NCBI GenBank assembly: GCA_965658675.1
Contig: CBFHTT010000031.1
Span: forward strand, 51,320-115,319
Direction of reading: 5' to 3'
DNA from: Limisphaerales bacterium
GTDB lineage: Bacteria; Verrucomicrobiota; Verrucomicrobiia; Limisphaerales; CAZKNW01
Length of the DNA stretch: 64,000 nucleotides
Both the position numbers and the translations under genes were made by a program. The notes below the pieces were generated by a model, which was not told where the DNA came from, did no database searches, and was given only the letters and a program-made list of their open reading frames with translations. This document shows positions 9,971 through 18,761 of this stretch, one piece after another (position 1 is the first letter of the stretch; the number at the start of each line of letters is the position of its first letter).

Positions 9971-10738
9971 CTATCCTTGATCCATATCCAATGATTGATT
10001 CTCTCCAATGGCGTCATAACCGATCGTAAATCCAGCAGCCTTGGCTCGTTCCACACAGAAATTGAACAGTCGTATTCCAGAAGGACGAATGTAGAATACC
10101 AGATTGTTTTTTTCGGGGTCCCATGATTTAAGTGCCGAAAAGAACTGTCCGGGCGCACGCGATCCCGTGTAGACCTCTTCTCCCTCAGCTGTCCCGAATC
10201 GCCGGACGCGAATGGAATCACCATTCAACACCACCAACATGTTCTGACGATTATCTCTTGTGTAATCCGGCACCAGCCATAGACGGTTCTTCTTGATCAC
10301 CTCTTCGGCCTTGGTCGTCTCCTTTGACTTGCGGCCAAGGCCCAGTTCGCTTGCCAGAATATCAGCATCGATTTCCTGTTCCTGCATCTTCTTCTGAGCC
10401 ACTTCCAACTCCTTGCGAATGGCATTCACTTCGGAGCGAAGGCTGTCCATCTCCGCATCCAATCGTTCAGCCGTCGGCGCTGAAGTGGTGGCAGACATCA
10501 ACTTTTGTCGTGCGCGGTTCTCTGAATTGACCTGCTTGAGCAACGCCTCAGTCTCACGCATCTGGGTCATCATCGGATCTTCCTCAGCTCCTTCACCTTC
10601 CCACATCGATGCAGGACTGTTGACAAAGAGCGTCAAGATCAAGGTCACAAGGACGAGGATACCAGTCACCGCAGTGATGATATCCTGGAACGCGAAAAAA
10701 CTGATCCGCGTACTGTTGCCCTTTCTCAATCGAGACAT
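9971..10738 (-). CDS. ExbD/TolR-family paralog with a coiled-coil insert.
   Basis: 255 aa. ISFFAFQDIITAVTGILVLVTLILTLFV resembles the ExbD N-terminus/TM. Coiled-coil middle. C-terminus NLVFYIRPSGIRLFNFCVERAKAAGFTIGYDAIGE resembles the ExbD C-terminal domain. Directly abuts 9116-9970. Confidence 0.55.
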   Translation of the reverse strand: MSRLRKGNSTRISFFAFQDIITAVTGILVLVTLILTLFVNSPASMWEGEGAEEDPMMTQMRETEALLKQVNSENRARQKLMSATTSAPTAERLDAEMDSLRSEVNAIRKELEVAQKKMQEQEIDADILASELGLGRKSKETTKAEEVIKKNRLWLVPDYTRDNRQNMLVVLNGDSIRVRRFGTAEGEEVYTGSRAPGQFFSALKSWDPEKNNLVFYIRPSGIRLFNFCVERAKAAGFTIGYDAIGENQSLDMDQG

Positions 10739-10767
10739 ATCTGACTAACCCAAACCGTGGAAAGGCC

Positions 10768-11574
10768 TCAACAAATACGCATTGTGAGCCCCCCGTCAAT
10801 CGTGACCATATCGCCGGTGATGTAATCGTTCTGCACCAACTCAGCAATCAACGACGCCACCTGATCTGTGGAACCTTCTCTTTTGAGGGGAATTCGTTTC
10901 TCCAGATTGAGGGTTCTCACCTCCTCAGGCATCTCGTCATGAAAGCGAGTGCGGATCACACCTGGCGCCACGCAATTCACACGTATGTTGTCAGGAGCCA
11001 ATTCTCTCGCCATGGCACGCGTCATTTGAGGCAAAGCACCTTTCACTGTCTGGTAGCCAATGTGCGTAGGGACAGCTAGTTTTCCCGCAGTGGATGAAAT
11101 CAGGATAATGGCACCTTCGCCGCCCTGCTTCATCAATGGCGCGACTGCTCTGCTGAGATGAAATGCGCCATGCACATGGACAGCAAATCCATTCATCCAA
11201 TCTTCATCGCTCACCTCAAACAAGCCACCAGGGACCAATCCTCCTGCGCAATGAACAAGCACGTCCAATCCACCCAGAGCTGATTGGGATTCATCAACCA
11301 TCCTGACGCAGTCTTCTGGTTTTCCACAGTCCCCTTCGACAAATGTGGCTTTTCTTCCCATTACTTCGATATCCGACAGCAGTTTATCAACATCGCCATC
11401 ACGATGACGTGCACTGACAGCCACATTTGCACCGCGCTTTGCCAATTCCAATGCAGTCGCAGCGCCGATTCCCTTAGTTCCACCCGTGATCAGGGCATTC
11501 TTATTCTCCAGATTCATGTTTCTTTTTCTTGGATTCCAACAACCGCTCATCGAGCAGGTATTGATTATAATCAA
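10768..11574 (-). CDS. Short-chain dehydrogenase/reductase (SDR). Likely true start MNLENKNALITGG near 11517.
   Basis: ALITGGTKGIGAATALELAKRGANVAV Rossmann motif. SDR-length protein. The upstream extension overlaps lepB. Confidence 0.85.
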   Translation of the reverse strand: MIIINTCSMSGCWNPRKRNMNLENKNALITGGTKGIGAATALELAKRGANVAVSARHRDGDVDKLLSDIEVMGRKATFVEGDCGKPEDCVRMVDESQSALGGLDVLVHCAGGLVPGGLFEVSDEDWMNGFAVHVHGAFHLSRAVAPLMKQGGEGAIILISSTAGKLAVPTHIGYQTVKGALPQMTRAMARELAPDNIRVNCVAPGVIRTRFHDEMPEEVRTLNLEKRIPLKREGSTDQVASLIAELVQNDYITGDMVTIDGGLTMRIC

Positions 11575-12121
11575 AGTCCTTCAAATCCCCGACAATCACC
11601 TTCCCCATGATTTCACGTTCATAAACGACCCCGTGCTCATGTTCAAAAATGTACATGGAACGGTTGTCTCCGATCAAATAGTACTCGTTGTCTTTAAGAG
11701 TGATCGGTCTTTGAAACCAGGGGCGCTTTTCCCAGACATAAGGCTCGGGAATTGGTTTCCCATCGATCAACACCTCGCCATTCAAGATTCCCATCTGCTC
11801 ACCGGGCAAGGCGATGACACGCTTGAGAAAACAAAGTCCCCGGGTGTCCAACCACACGGCGACCACATCTCCACGCTGAGGTTTCTTCTCCTCTGAATAG
11901 GCTGTCCTGAGAACGAAGTTAATTTCTCCGTTCTTATAACTCACCGCCATGCTGTCTCCAGTAACCCTCACTGGCACCAGGAAGAATTTGAAGGTGATAA
12001 AGAATGTCCCGATAAGAACGCCCAAGCGGACCAATGTCCGCTTGGGGTTCTTACCAAAAAGCCATGGTGAAAAGACGATGGTCTCTTTCTTCTGAGCTTC
12101 GAGCTGGCCGGGATCATCCAT
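11501..12121 (-). CDS. lepB: Signal peptidase I.
   Basis: 206 aa. N-terminal TM. GDSMAVSY catalytic Ser box. GDNRSMY box. Typical S26 family. Confidence 0.85.
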   Translation of the reverse strand: MDDPGQLEAQKKETIVFSPWLFGKNPKRTLVRLGVLIGTFFITFKFFLVPVRVTGDSMAVSYKNGEINFVLRTAYSEEKKPQRGDVVAVWLDTRGLCFLKRVIALPGEQMGILNGEVLIDGKPIPEPYVWEKRPWFQRPITLKDNEYYLIGDNRSMYIFEHEHGVVYEREIMGKVIVGDLKDFDYNQYLLDERLLESKKKKHESGE

Positions 12122-12132
12122 CTACAACGTCT

Positions 12133-13767
12133 CTAGTCCTTCTTCTTGCCAGCTTCGGCAATCTTTCCAAAGACGCCCACCGGGACATTCACTTTGATGG
12201 TCAATTCCTTATCCATATCTCCTGAAAAGGTCATCGTGGCATTTTCGTCAGACATGGTTTGAATCGCGTCCTTGAATTGCTGCGGAACCATCGGATTTGG
12301 ACCGGCAAACACACGGATCATTTGCACCAAATTCACGGCACCAGCCATCACCGTTGTATCTCCAACTGTAACTGGAGGCTTTGCTCCCTTGATCTTAAGG
12401 GTCTTATCCAACGAGCCTTTAGAGGCGATGTAGAACATGTCCGCCTTGCGCGCCATCTCCATACTCATCTTTCCACCCGGCATCATGGCTTCAATGCCTT
12501 CCTTCTGCCCTGGAGCCTGATACATCGGCAGATCCAGATTCAAAACCATCTCCATCTCACTGACATCCACACCCCCGATTTTGCGGACATTCTCAGTGTA
12601 TTTCATGCTCTTGTAGCTCTTCCCCTCACCTGACATCAGCGGCATCATGTCTGTGGTGATTTCTCTGATTTTCTCATGAAGCACTTCTGGTGATTTACCC
12701 GGCATTTGATAGACCGCACCAAAAGCGAGTCCCTTCCCTGCATCAAGAGATACACCGGTAACAATCGGAAGCATGGTGTCAATGAAGTCGTCCATTTTCT
12801 CCATCAACGCGGGATCTGCCTCCATTCCCTGCAATTTGTATCCGAGCACAGTGGCTTTGGTAAACACTTCCTTGATCTTCGGGATATCGTTCAGCGCGTA
12901 AGCAATGGCCATGGGACTGTCCCAATCCAGCTTGTCCACGACGCTGGAAACATTCATTCCGTTGTTCTTCAACCAACCGGCAAATTCACTGGAAGGTGTA
13001 GCTGAAATATTTTCGACGATTGCCAGTTCTCCATCCGAGAAATTTAGTCCTACTCCCAGTTCATCCAGTCCCTGCACAACGATCTCGGCCAGTGAGATAT
13101 AGAGAGCCAGCAATTGCCCCAGAGCAGCAGGGTCGTATCCGGGAGGCAGACCCTTTGCCGGATTTCCATCTGGTCCATCGACTTTACTCATCGAAGCAGT
13201 AAACATTTTTGCAAACGCCAAGCCCTGAGTGAACTGCATACGGATCTCATCGTTCATGTTCAGATCCATGCGAACCCAATCCTCTGACTTCCCTGTTACC
13301 TTGGGGGCATAAGCGAGGAGTTCATCCTTCCATGCATCAGTAAGAGGCTCCTGGTTGGCATCTTCCATGACGATGATTGCATGAGATTTTCCATCCAAGG
13401 CAGTGTGCCCATTCTTGGAAAATGCATCGGGATCACGATCGCGCACATAGGCGTCATAATCACGAACAGGTGCGTAAATCACAGACAGTGGTTTCTGCAT
13501 CATCCCTTTCTGCCAGACAGCCAACTGCCAAGGCTTATCTGAGTCCAGCCCGGCAAAGGTCGAACTACCCACACTCTGTCTCAAGCTCTTCTCAAGCTTG
13601 GCCTGATGATCCTTTCCCGGCTCAACGGTGCTCAGGAATTCCGCAGCGGTTTCCACCCACGCCGGATAGTTCTTTGCTGTGATCGTGACAAATGGCTCGG
13701 CTGCCATTCCTTGAAACGTTGATGCAATCAACGCAAGACCGACTAGTTTTGTGATCGTTTTTTTCAT
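12133..13767 (-). CDS. Secreted hypothetical protein.
   Basis: 544 aa. N-terminal signal peptide MKKTITKLVGLALIASTFQGMAAEP. No recognisable catalytic motif. Upstream of and co-directional with the ABC-2 exporter genes. Confidence 0.5.
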   Translation of the reverse strand: MKKTITKLVGLALIASTFQGMAAEPFVTITAKNYPAWVETAAEFLSTVEPGKDHQAKLEKSLRQSVGSSTFAGLDSDKPWQLAVWQKGMMQKPLSVIYAPVRDYDAYVRDRDPDAFSKNGHTALDGKSHAIIVMEDANQEPLTDAWKDELLAYAPKVTGKSEDWVRMDLNMNDEIRMQFTQGLAFAKMFTASMSKVDGPDGNPAKGLPPGYDPAALGQLLALYISLAEIVVQGLDELGVGLNFSDGELAIVENISATPSSEFAGWLKNNGMNVSSVVDKLDWDSPMAIAYALNDIPKIKEVFTKATVLGYKLQGMEADPALMEKMDDFIDTMLPIVTGVSLDAGKGLAFGAVYQMPGKSPEVLHEKIREITTDMMPLMSGEGKSYKSMKYTENVRKIGGVDVSEMEMVLNLDLPMYQAPGQKEGIEAMMPGGKMSMEMARKADMFYIASKGSLDKTLKIKGAKPPVTVGDTTVMAGAVNLVQMIRVFAGPNPMVPQQFKDAIQTMSDENATMTFSGDMDKELTIKVNVPVGVFGKIAEAGKKKD

Positions 13768-13785
13768 AATGGGATCAGGGGTAAA

Positions 13786-15393
13786 TCAGGGTTTCTGTCG
13801 AATCCATGAGAACAGCTCCTTGATCTTGGGAGGTTGCCCGGTTCTCAGGATTCCGATTCGAAAAATTTTTCCAGATAACCAGAGTATCAATCCGGTCGTG
13901 ACAACCATCATGATCAGAGTGCCCACTTGGTCAAACAAAGGCGGATCGGCTGTGGCACGGTTCATCATGATGAACGGAGAGAAACAAGGAATCCACGAAA
14001 GCACGGTCGCCAAGGTGCCATTTGGGTCCTTGGGGATAAACATCAACGTAAACAAGGGAACCATCATCAGAACAGTAATCAACCCCATGAAATTCTGTGC
14101 TTCCTTCAAGGTGTTACAAAGGCTGCCGATCGTTAAAATCACACCTGCATACATCATGTATCCAATGATGAAATACACGGCGAACCAGATCAGGAGATTC
14201 GATGTCTTCAGCACTTCAAACACCTGATAGGCCAATTCAAATTGAGGTCCGGCTTTCCACGCCAGCACGCCTATCAACGATGCAATCCATGTCGTGATCA
14301 TTATGAGCCCGATGGCGGCAATCCCCATCAGCTTACCCATCATCAGTTCCCCCGGTGTCACCGATGACAAGAGCACCTCAATGATCCGGTTTGATTTCTC
14401 CTCAATGGTATTGCTCAAGAGCATTTGACTGACGGTGAACACCGATATCCAGAGCAGATAGACGAACGCGCTCGGCGCCCATTGGCGGATGAAGTCAGCC
14501 ATGCTCACCTTTTCCTTACCCTTTTCCTTCTTTGGATTGAGCTTCGCGATCGGCGCTCTGCTCCGCTCAACAACGCGAACCACACCGACATCCACGCCCC
14601 GTGATTCATACTCACGCTTGCGGATCTCATCGTTGATCAGATTACGAACCTCGTCGTGCAACTGAAGATCCGCCAGATTCGGCGACCAATACTCAATGCC
14701 ATTGCGCCCCATCATGGCAGCAACGGGCGGTCTATCAGGTCGGTTCACCTGAGCCATGACATCCTTTGGAATCAGAATCGCAGCAAAGAGCTTACCTCCA
14801 TCTTCAAGTCCCGGAAGTTTCTGTCCTCCCCTAAGGTAAGGACGGAGTTCGCCAGCAATGTCAGAGACAGATTGATCAACTGAAATAGAATCAGGTAGAG
14901 GCACCAACGTGAAACGTCGCCTGGGTTCTTCAAACGGAGAAGCACCCTCTCCTATGAATCGTTCCAGCTGGTTCAAAACCATGTCCTGTCCACCCTTTTC
15001 CATGAAGGCATCCACAGCTGCAGGATTGGCAGAAGCAAAATCATCGAGGAAGCGTTCCACCTGACCATCAGGCGCAGGGATGGATTCCAGATCCACCTTC
15101 GCTGAATTGGTTTCCGTGTTCTCCATCGCATGCTTCTGCACATACTTCACCATGGCCTTCAAAACCTGTCTCTGGTGAAAACGCTCCATACCTTCCTTCA
15201 CGATCTCTTCAAACTCTCCTGATTGATCCACCAGAATGAAGTTACGCTGTGGTACAGCTTTTTCACCAATCAGGACTGGTACCTGAACAGAGATGAAAAT
15301 AATCAGAGGAAACAGGAGAATCCCAAGCCAGAATCCCTTGGTCCTGGCACTCTCGGAAAAGTCACGCATGGCAACCAGAAGAGCATGTTTCAT
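13786..15393 (-). CDS. ABC-2 family transporter permease (NatB-like) with large extracytoplasmic loop.
   Basis: 535 aa. N-terminal TM. About 300 aa periplasmic region. Five C-terminal TM helices typical of ABC-2 permeases. 4-nt overlap with the upstream ATPase gene. Confidence 0.75.
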   Translation of the reverse strand: MKHALLVAMRDFSESARTKGFWLGILLFPLIIFISVQVPVLIGEKAVPQRNFILVDQSGEFEEIVKEGMERFHQRQVLKAMVKYVQKHAMENTETNSAKVDLESIPAPDGQVERFLDDFASANPAAVDAFMEKGGQDMVLNQLERFIGEGASPFEEPRRRFTLVPLPDSISVDQSVSDIAGELRPYLRGGQKLPGLEDGGKLFAAILIPKDVMAQVNRPDRPPVAAMMGRNGIEYWSPNLADLQLHDEVRNLINDEIRKREYESRGVDVGVVRVVERSRAPIAKLNPKKEKGKEKVSMADFIRQWAPSAFVYLLWISVFTVSQMLLSNTIEEKSNRIIEVLLSSVTPGELMMGKLMGIAAIGLIMITTWIASLIGVLAWKAGPQFELAYQVFEVLKTSNLLIWFAVYFIIGYMMYAGVILTIGSLCNTLKEAQNFMGLITVLMMVPLFTLMFIPKDPNGTLATVLSWIPCFSPFIMMNRATADPPLFDQVGTLIMMVVTTGLILWLSGKIFRIGILRTGQPPKIKELFSWIRQKP

Positions 15394-16325
15394 CGGAACA
15401 CCGCCTCTCTGGCTGTCTCACCCACAAGCTCTACGAACACATCATGGAGAGACGGTTCCACCTGCTCAAAGCGGCGCATCTTGAATCCTCGTTCGAAACA
15501 AGACTGAAGCAGCTCCTGAGAGTCCACGCTCTCTTCCACATGAATTGTCCAGCAGCCCTTTTCTTTTTCATTGGGCTCCTCCACCCGCTTGACTCCGTCA
15601 ATCGACGACAGCCCCATCAACGAATCTTCTGATTCGATATGAATCGTTCTAGGCAGGAGATTCTTTGCCTCAGGAATAGAGCCTTCGAAGATTTTCTTTC
15701 CGCGATTGATCAACACGATCCGATTACACAATCGCTCTGCATGTTGCATCACATGCGTCGAAAAAATCACGGTCCGGTTCCGCTCGGCCATATCCCGGAT
15801 GATTTCTTCCATCACCTGTTGATTTACAGGGTCAAGGCCACTAAAGGGTTCATCAAGGATCACCAGATCCGGATCATGTGCAATCGAGGCCAGCACCTGA
15901 ACCTTTTGCCCCATGCCTTTTGAGAGACTGTCTGTCTTGGCTTCGGCGAAATCCTTGAGTCCATATCTCTCCAAAAGCTCGTAGGCACGCACCTTGGCTG
16001 CCTTGCGGGACATCCCTTTCAAGGTCGCAAAGTAGGCAATGATACTCCACGCCTTCATCTTCTTGTAGAGCCCCTTTTCCTCAGGAAGATATCCAATCTG
16101 GTCGCGAACCATCAAAGCGCTGGGCTTCCCAAGAATACTGAGCGATCCCGAGGTCGGACGAAAGATGTCCAAAATCATCCGAATGATGGTGGTCTTACCC
16201 GCTCCGTTTGGCCCAAGAAACCCCAAGATGGTTCCTCCTCCCACGGAGAAACTAACTGAGTCCACAGCCTTGAAATCACCAAATTTCTTGGTTACCTCGT
16301 TGAGCTGAAGAATTGCATCATCCAT
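15390..16325 (-). CDS. ABC transporter ATP-binding protein (NatA-like).
   Basis: 311 aa. Walker A GPNGAGKTT. ABC signature LSKGMGQKV. Walker B ILDEP. Confidence 0.9.
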   Translation of the reverse strand: MDDAILQLNEVTKKFGDFKAVDSVSFSVGGGTILGFLGPNGAGKTTIIRMILDIFRPTSGSLSILGKPSALMVRDQIGYLPEEKGLYKKMKAWSIIAYFATLKGMSRKAAKVRAYELLERYGLKDFAEAKTDSLSKGMGQKVQVLASIAHDPDLVILDEPFSGLDPVNQQVMEEIIRDMAERNRTVIFSTHVMQHAERLCNRIVLINRGKKIFEGSIPEAKNLLPRTIHIESEDSLMGLSSIDGVKRVEEPNEKEKGCWTIHVEESVDSQELLQSCFERGFKMRRFEQVEPSLHDVFVELVGETAREAVFR

Positions 16326-16433
16326 CGGGCAGGCAGTGATCTTGAGACAGTACTCAGATCATCCCGAGGAGGCCTCGAAAGTCGAGTCTAATGGGGGAGA
16401 ATCTGGGGCTTGGACGGCGCCCCGAGTAGAAGA

Positions 16434-17198
16434 TCAGTAAACCATTTCTGGTTCACGCTCCGGTTGTTCATTCCTCGTGCGATTTTCGAAGTAAGGATGA
16501 AACAACTCTTCGAGTTCAACGAGGTAGTTCTCGTTGATCGACATGGCAGTGTAGTTTCCATGGCAATCAAGATTGGCCAGTGCATTTAGACTCGTATCTT
16601 CACAATGAATGCTCGCCAAGCGTTCGCCGAAAGCCTGATTCACCTTCGCTATATCATCGTAAATATGCACCAGATCATTCAGTTCCCAATCCGGCTCTTC
16701 ACCTCGTTTGAACTTGAGAAACTGTGCAACAAGATACATGGCCATGGCCCGGTAAAGGGTCTCATGCATCGTTGGAAACGGAAGATGGGTGTAGACCATG
16801 GGACGGAGTTTATCCATCACAGGACAACCCGATGTCACCATCACCACGCCCAGCATGGAGCGGACACCATATTGGATCGGTGCTTCCTTGTGATACTGCC
16901 GGTCCTCATTTGAAATCGTGATGTCTGCAATCTCTGTCGAAGGAAGATCTGCAAACTCATCTGCGAGTCGCACCATTCTCGCAGCAATTGGGCATGCGGG
17001 ATGTTCCTCGCTCTTCAGAGGGCAATTGTCGCATTGGTAATGACCAAGTGCTGTCCATTCAGGGAGCTTCTCGGGCACTTCCTCAATGATCTCCATAGAA
17101 GGATGATTCATGCGAAGAGTGAAATGCTTCTCCTGCCCGCTCTTGAGTTTGAAGTGGTAGTGAAACGACCTGGTTGAACTGTCCGTTTGAGAGTCCAT
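16434..17198 (-). CDS. Hypothetical protein with paired Cys motifs.
   Basis: 254 aa. HYQCDNCP...HPACP cysteine cluster. No recognisable family. Downstream of the TIR-like gene on the same strand. Confidence 0.4.
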   Translation of the reverse strand: MDSQTDSSTRSFHYHFKLKSGQEKHFTLRMNHPSMEIIEEVPEKLPEWTALGHYQCDNCPLKSEEHPACPIAARMVRLADEFADLPSTEIADITISNEDRQYHKEAPIQYGVRSMLGVVMVTSGCPVMDKLRPMVYTHLPFPTMHETLYRAMAMYLVAQFLKFKRGEEPDWELNDLVHIYDDIAKVNQAFGERLASIHCEDTSLNALANLDCHGNYTAMSINENYLVELEELFHPYFENRTRNEQPEREPEMVY

Positions 17199-17252
17199 TT
17201 GCTCAAACTATCGGACGCCAGCCCCCCAGACTTAAACTGAATTTCAGCCGAC

Positions 17253-17588
17253 CTAACGATTAAAGAACAAAAACAAACCTACCAGAGCACCTGAAACCAT
17301 GACTATTAGGCCAATTACGTGTCTTTTGCTGACACCAATATTCTGAAAAGGAGAGTTCTTGTCATGGTAGCTTCTACGACTGCGCTTCGTCCTGCGCTCC
17401 TTTCGTTGCTCCGACTTGGCTTCCTGTAATTCGACAACCCTGCGTTCAATGTATACCGATTGAGTCTCTTCCTCTGAATCCGTTTCCTCAAGCGCCTCAG
17501 ACCATGTGTCCTCCCGCACTTGGCCGAATTTCAGCTCACGCTCAACTGCCCGCCTTAGTCTCTCGGTATTGTCACTTCCCTCCCCCAT
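17253..17588 (-). CDS. Small acidic protein with C-terminal transmembrane anchor.
   Basis: 111 aa. Glu/Arg-rich. C-terminal helix VIGLIVMVSGALVGLFLFF. Confidence 0.35.
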   Translation of the reverse strand: MGEGSDNTERLRRAVERELKFGQVREDTWSEALEETDSEEETQSVYIERRVVELQEAKSEQRKERRTKRSRRSYHDKNSPFQNIGVSKRHVIGLIVMVSGALVGLFLFFNR

Positions 17589-17594
17589 GACACA

Positions 17595-18297
17595 TCACTG
17601 AGCTGCGCTACCTTTGTATTTTTCCAGATCCAACCGCAAAATCTCCAGCTCGGTCTCCAAATGGGCGGCCCGACCATCGGCTGCTTCAGCTTCAAACCTG
17701 GCAGAACGCGCCTGTAACATAAAAAAGAGGGGGCTCAGCCCCAGCAAAACCACCAGCGCGGCAGCGACAACCATGATCTGGAACGATTTCTTTTGCTGCT
17801 GCTCAAAATCACGTTCCTTCAGCTCCTCATAATCGAGTCGAAGAACCCCAGCCAACACTTTGAGAAAGGAACTGCGTCGCCCATCACGATGTGCTCGTAA
17901 GTCGGCCGCTGACGGTGACGCCGGAGTCTCCGTCAGATCGCCATTCTTGTTCACCTCATACTTGATCGCCTTGGGGAGACATTCCTCACCGTCTGGTTCC
18001 ACCCGCGCCGAAGCAAAAGGCTCACCCGCCACAATCAGACACTGAACGCGATGCTCACGTTCCAGGCTCTTGAAATGCTTCACCCACTTGTCGATCTCCT
18101 CTGACCTTGCAGCATCTGGACTGCACAAGATGACGAGATACCGGGACAAGGCCATCAGCCGATGGTCTGCCTTCCAAATGGACAGGCACATTATAGCCTT
18201 CCAGCCGGCTCTTCAGCCATTCAGCCCAGCGCATGTCTGAGCGAACGCAGAGAATTGAAACCCAATGGGCAAACTCGCCTTTCTTATTAGCATCCAT
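17595..18297 (-). pseudogene. Membrane-anchored TIR-like (flavodoxin-fold) protein split by a frameshift near 18180 (ORFs 18055-18297 and 17595-18191).
   Basis: The upstream ORF encodes FAHWVSILCVRSD..WAEWLKSRLEGYNVPV (beta-A/alpha-A-like). The downstream ORF in the +1 frame continues ADHRLMALSRYLVILCSPDAARSEEIDKWVKHF...HRVQCLIVAGEP (TIR-like S-x-W/E region), then a C-terminal TM helix and coiled coil. The two frames overlap by about 135 nt. Confidence 0.35.
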
Positions 18298-18694
18298 GAT
18301 GATGAGTCAAAACCAACACCGTTCGCGAACAACGAAGCGGACCGTATCAAAATTCATTGAGCCCGAAAGTGAAAACGCCATCAGATGATTCCCAAAAATC
18401 AAGATCTGGCATGCTTTTCCCTTGGATAGGTGGTGCGGTAGTCCATTTTCTGATACTCCAGCTGATCAGATTACTCACCTTTATTCTGATCCACCTAGCG
18501 CCGCGCCACCTGAACTCTGATCCGTTGATCCTTGGGCTGACCAAGTTGACGTCTGTCCTAAAGCAACCATCTGGATTACTCCAGATCATCTGGCCCTTTG
18601 AATCCTTTTTTCCCGGATTCTTTCTTATGACCGCCCTTGCATCCCATGCGATCTGGGGTGGATTGATCGCCTACAGCTACAAGCGGTTCAGGCA

Positions 18695-18725
18695 CTAAAA
18701 AAGCCCCTCGATCCTAAGACCGAGG
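18695..18725 (-). terminator. Rho-independent terminator for ppdK.
   Basis: Hairpin GCCCCTCG-ATCCTAAGA-CCGAGGGGC followed on the minus strand by a T-run (AAAAAA on the plus strand at 18695-18700). Lies 37 nt past the ppdK stop. Confidence 0.7.
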
Positions 18726-18761
18726 GGCTGATGATTCATTTAAGAATAGGAATTGGATTCC

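Noticed and set aside
11501-11574. 74-nt overlap between the SDR gene and lepB.
   Set aside because: Most likely an over-extended SDR start. The internal Met (MNLENKNALITGG) gives a normal-length SDR with a ~17-nt overlap.
18357-18698. 113-aa plus-strand ORF between the TIR-like gene and ppdK, ending at the ppdK terminator.
   Set aside because: Could be a small membrane protein, but it has no motif support. The terminator hairpin has its U-tract on the minus strand, fitting ppdK rather than this ORF. Left uncalled.
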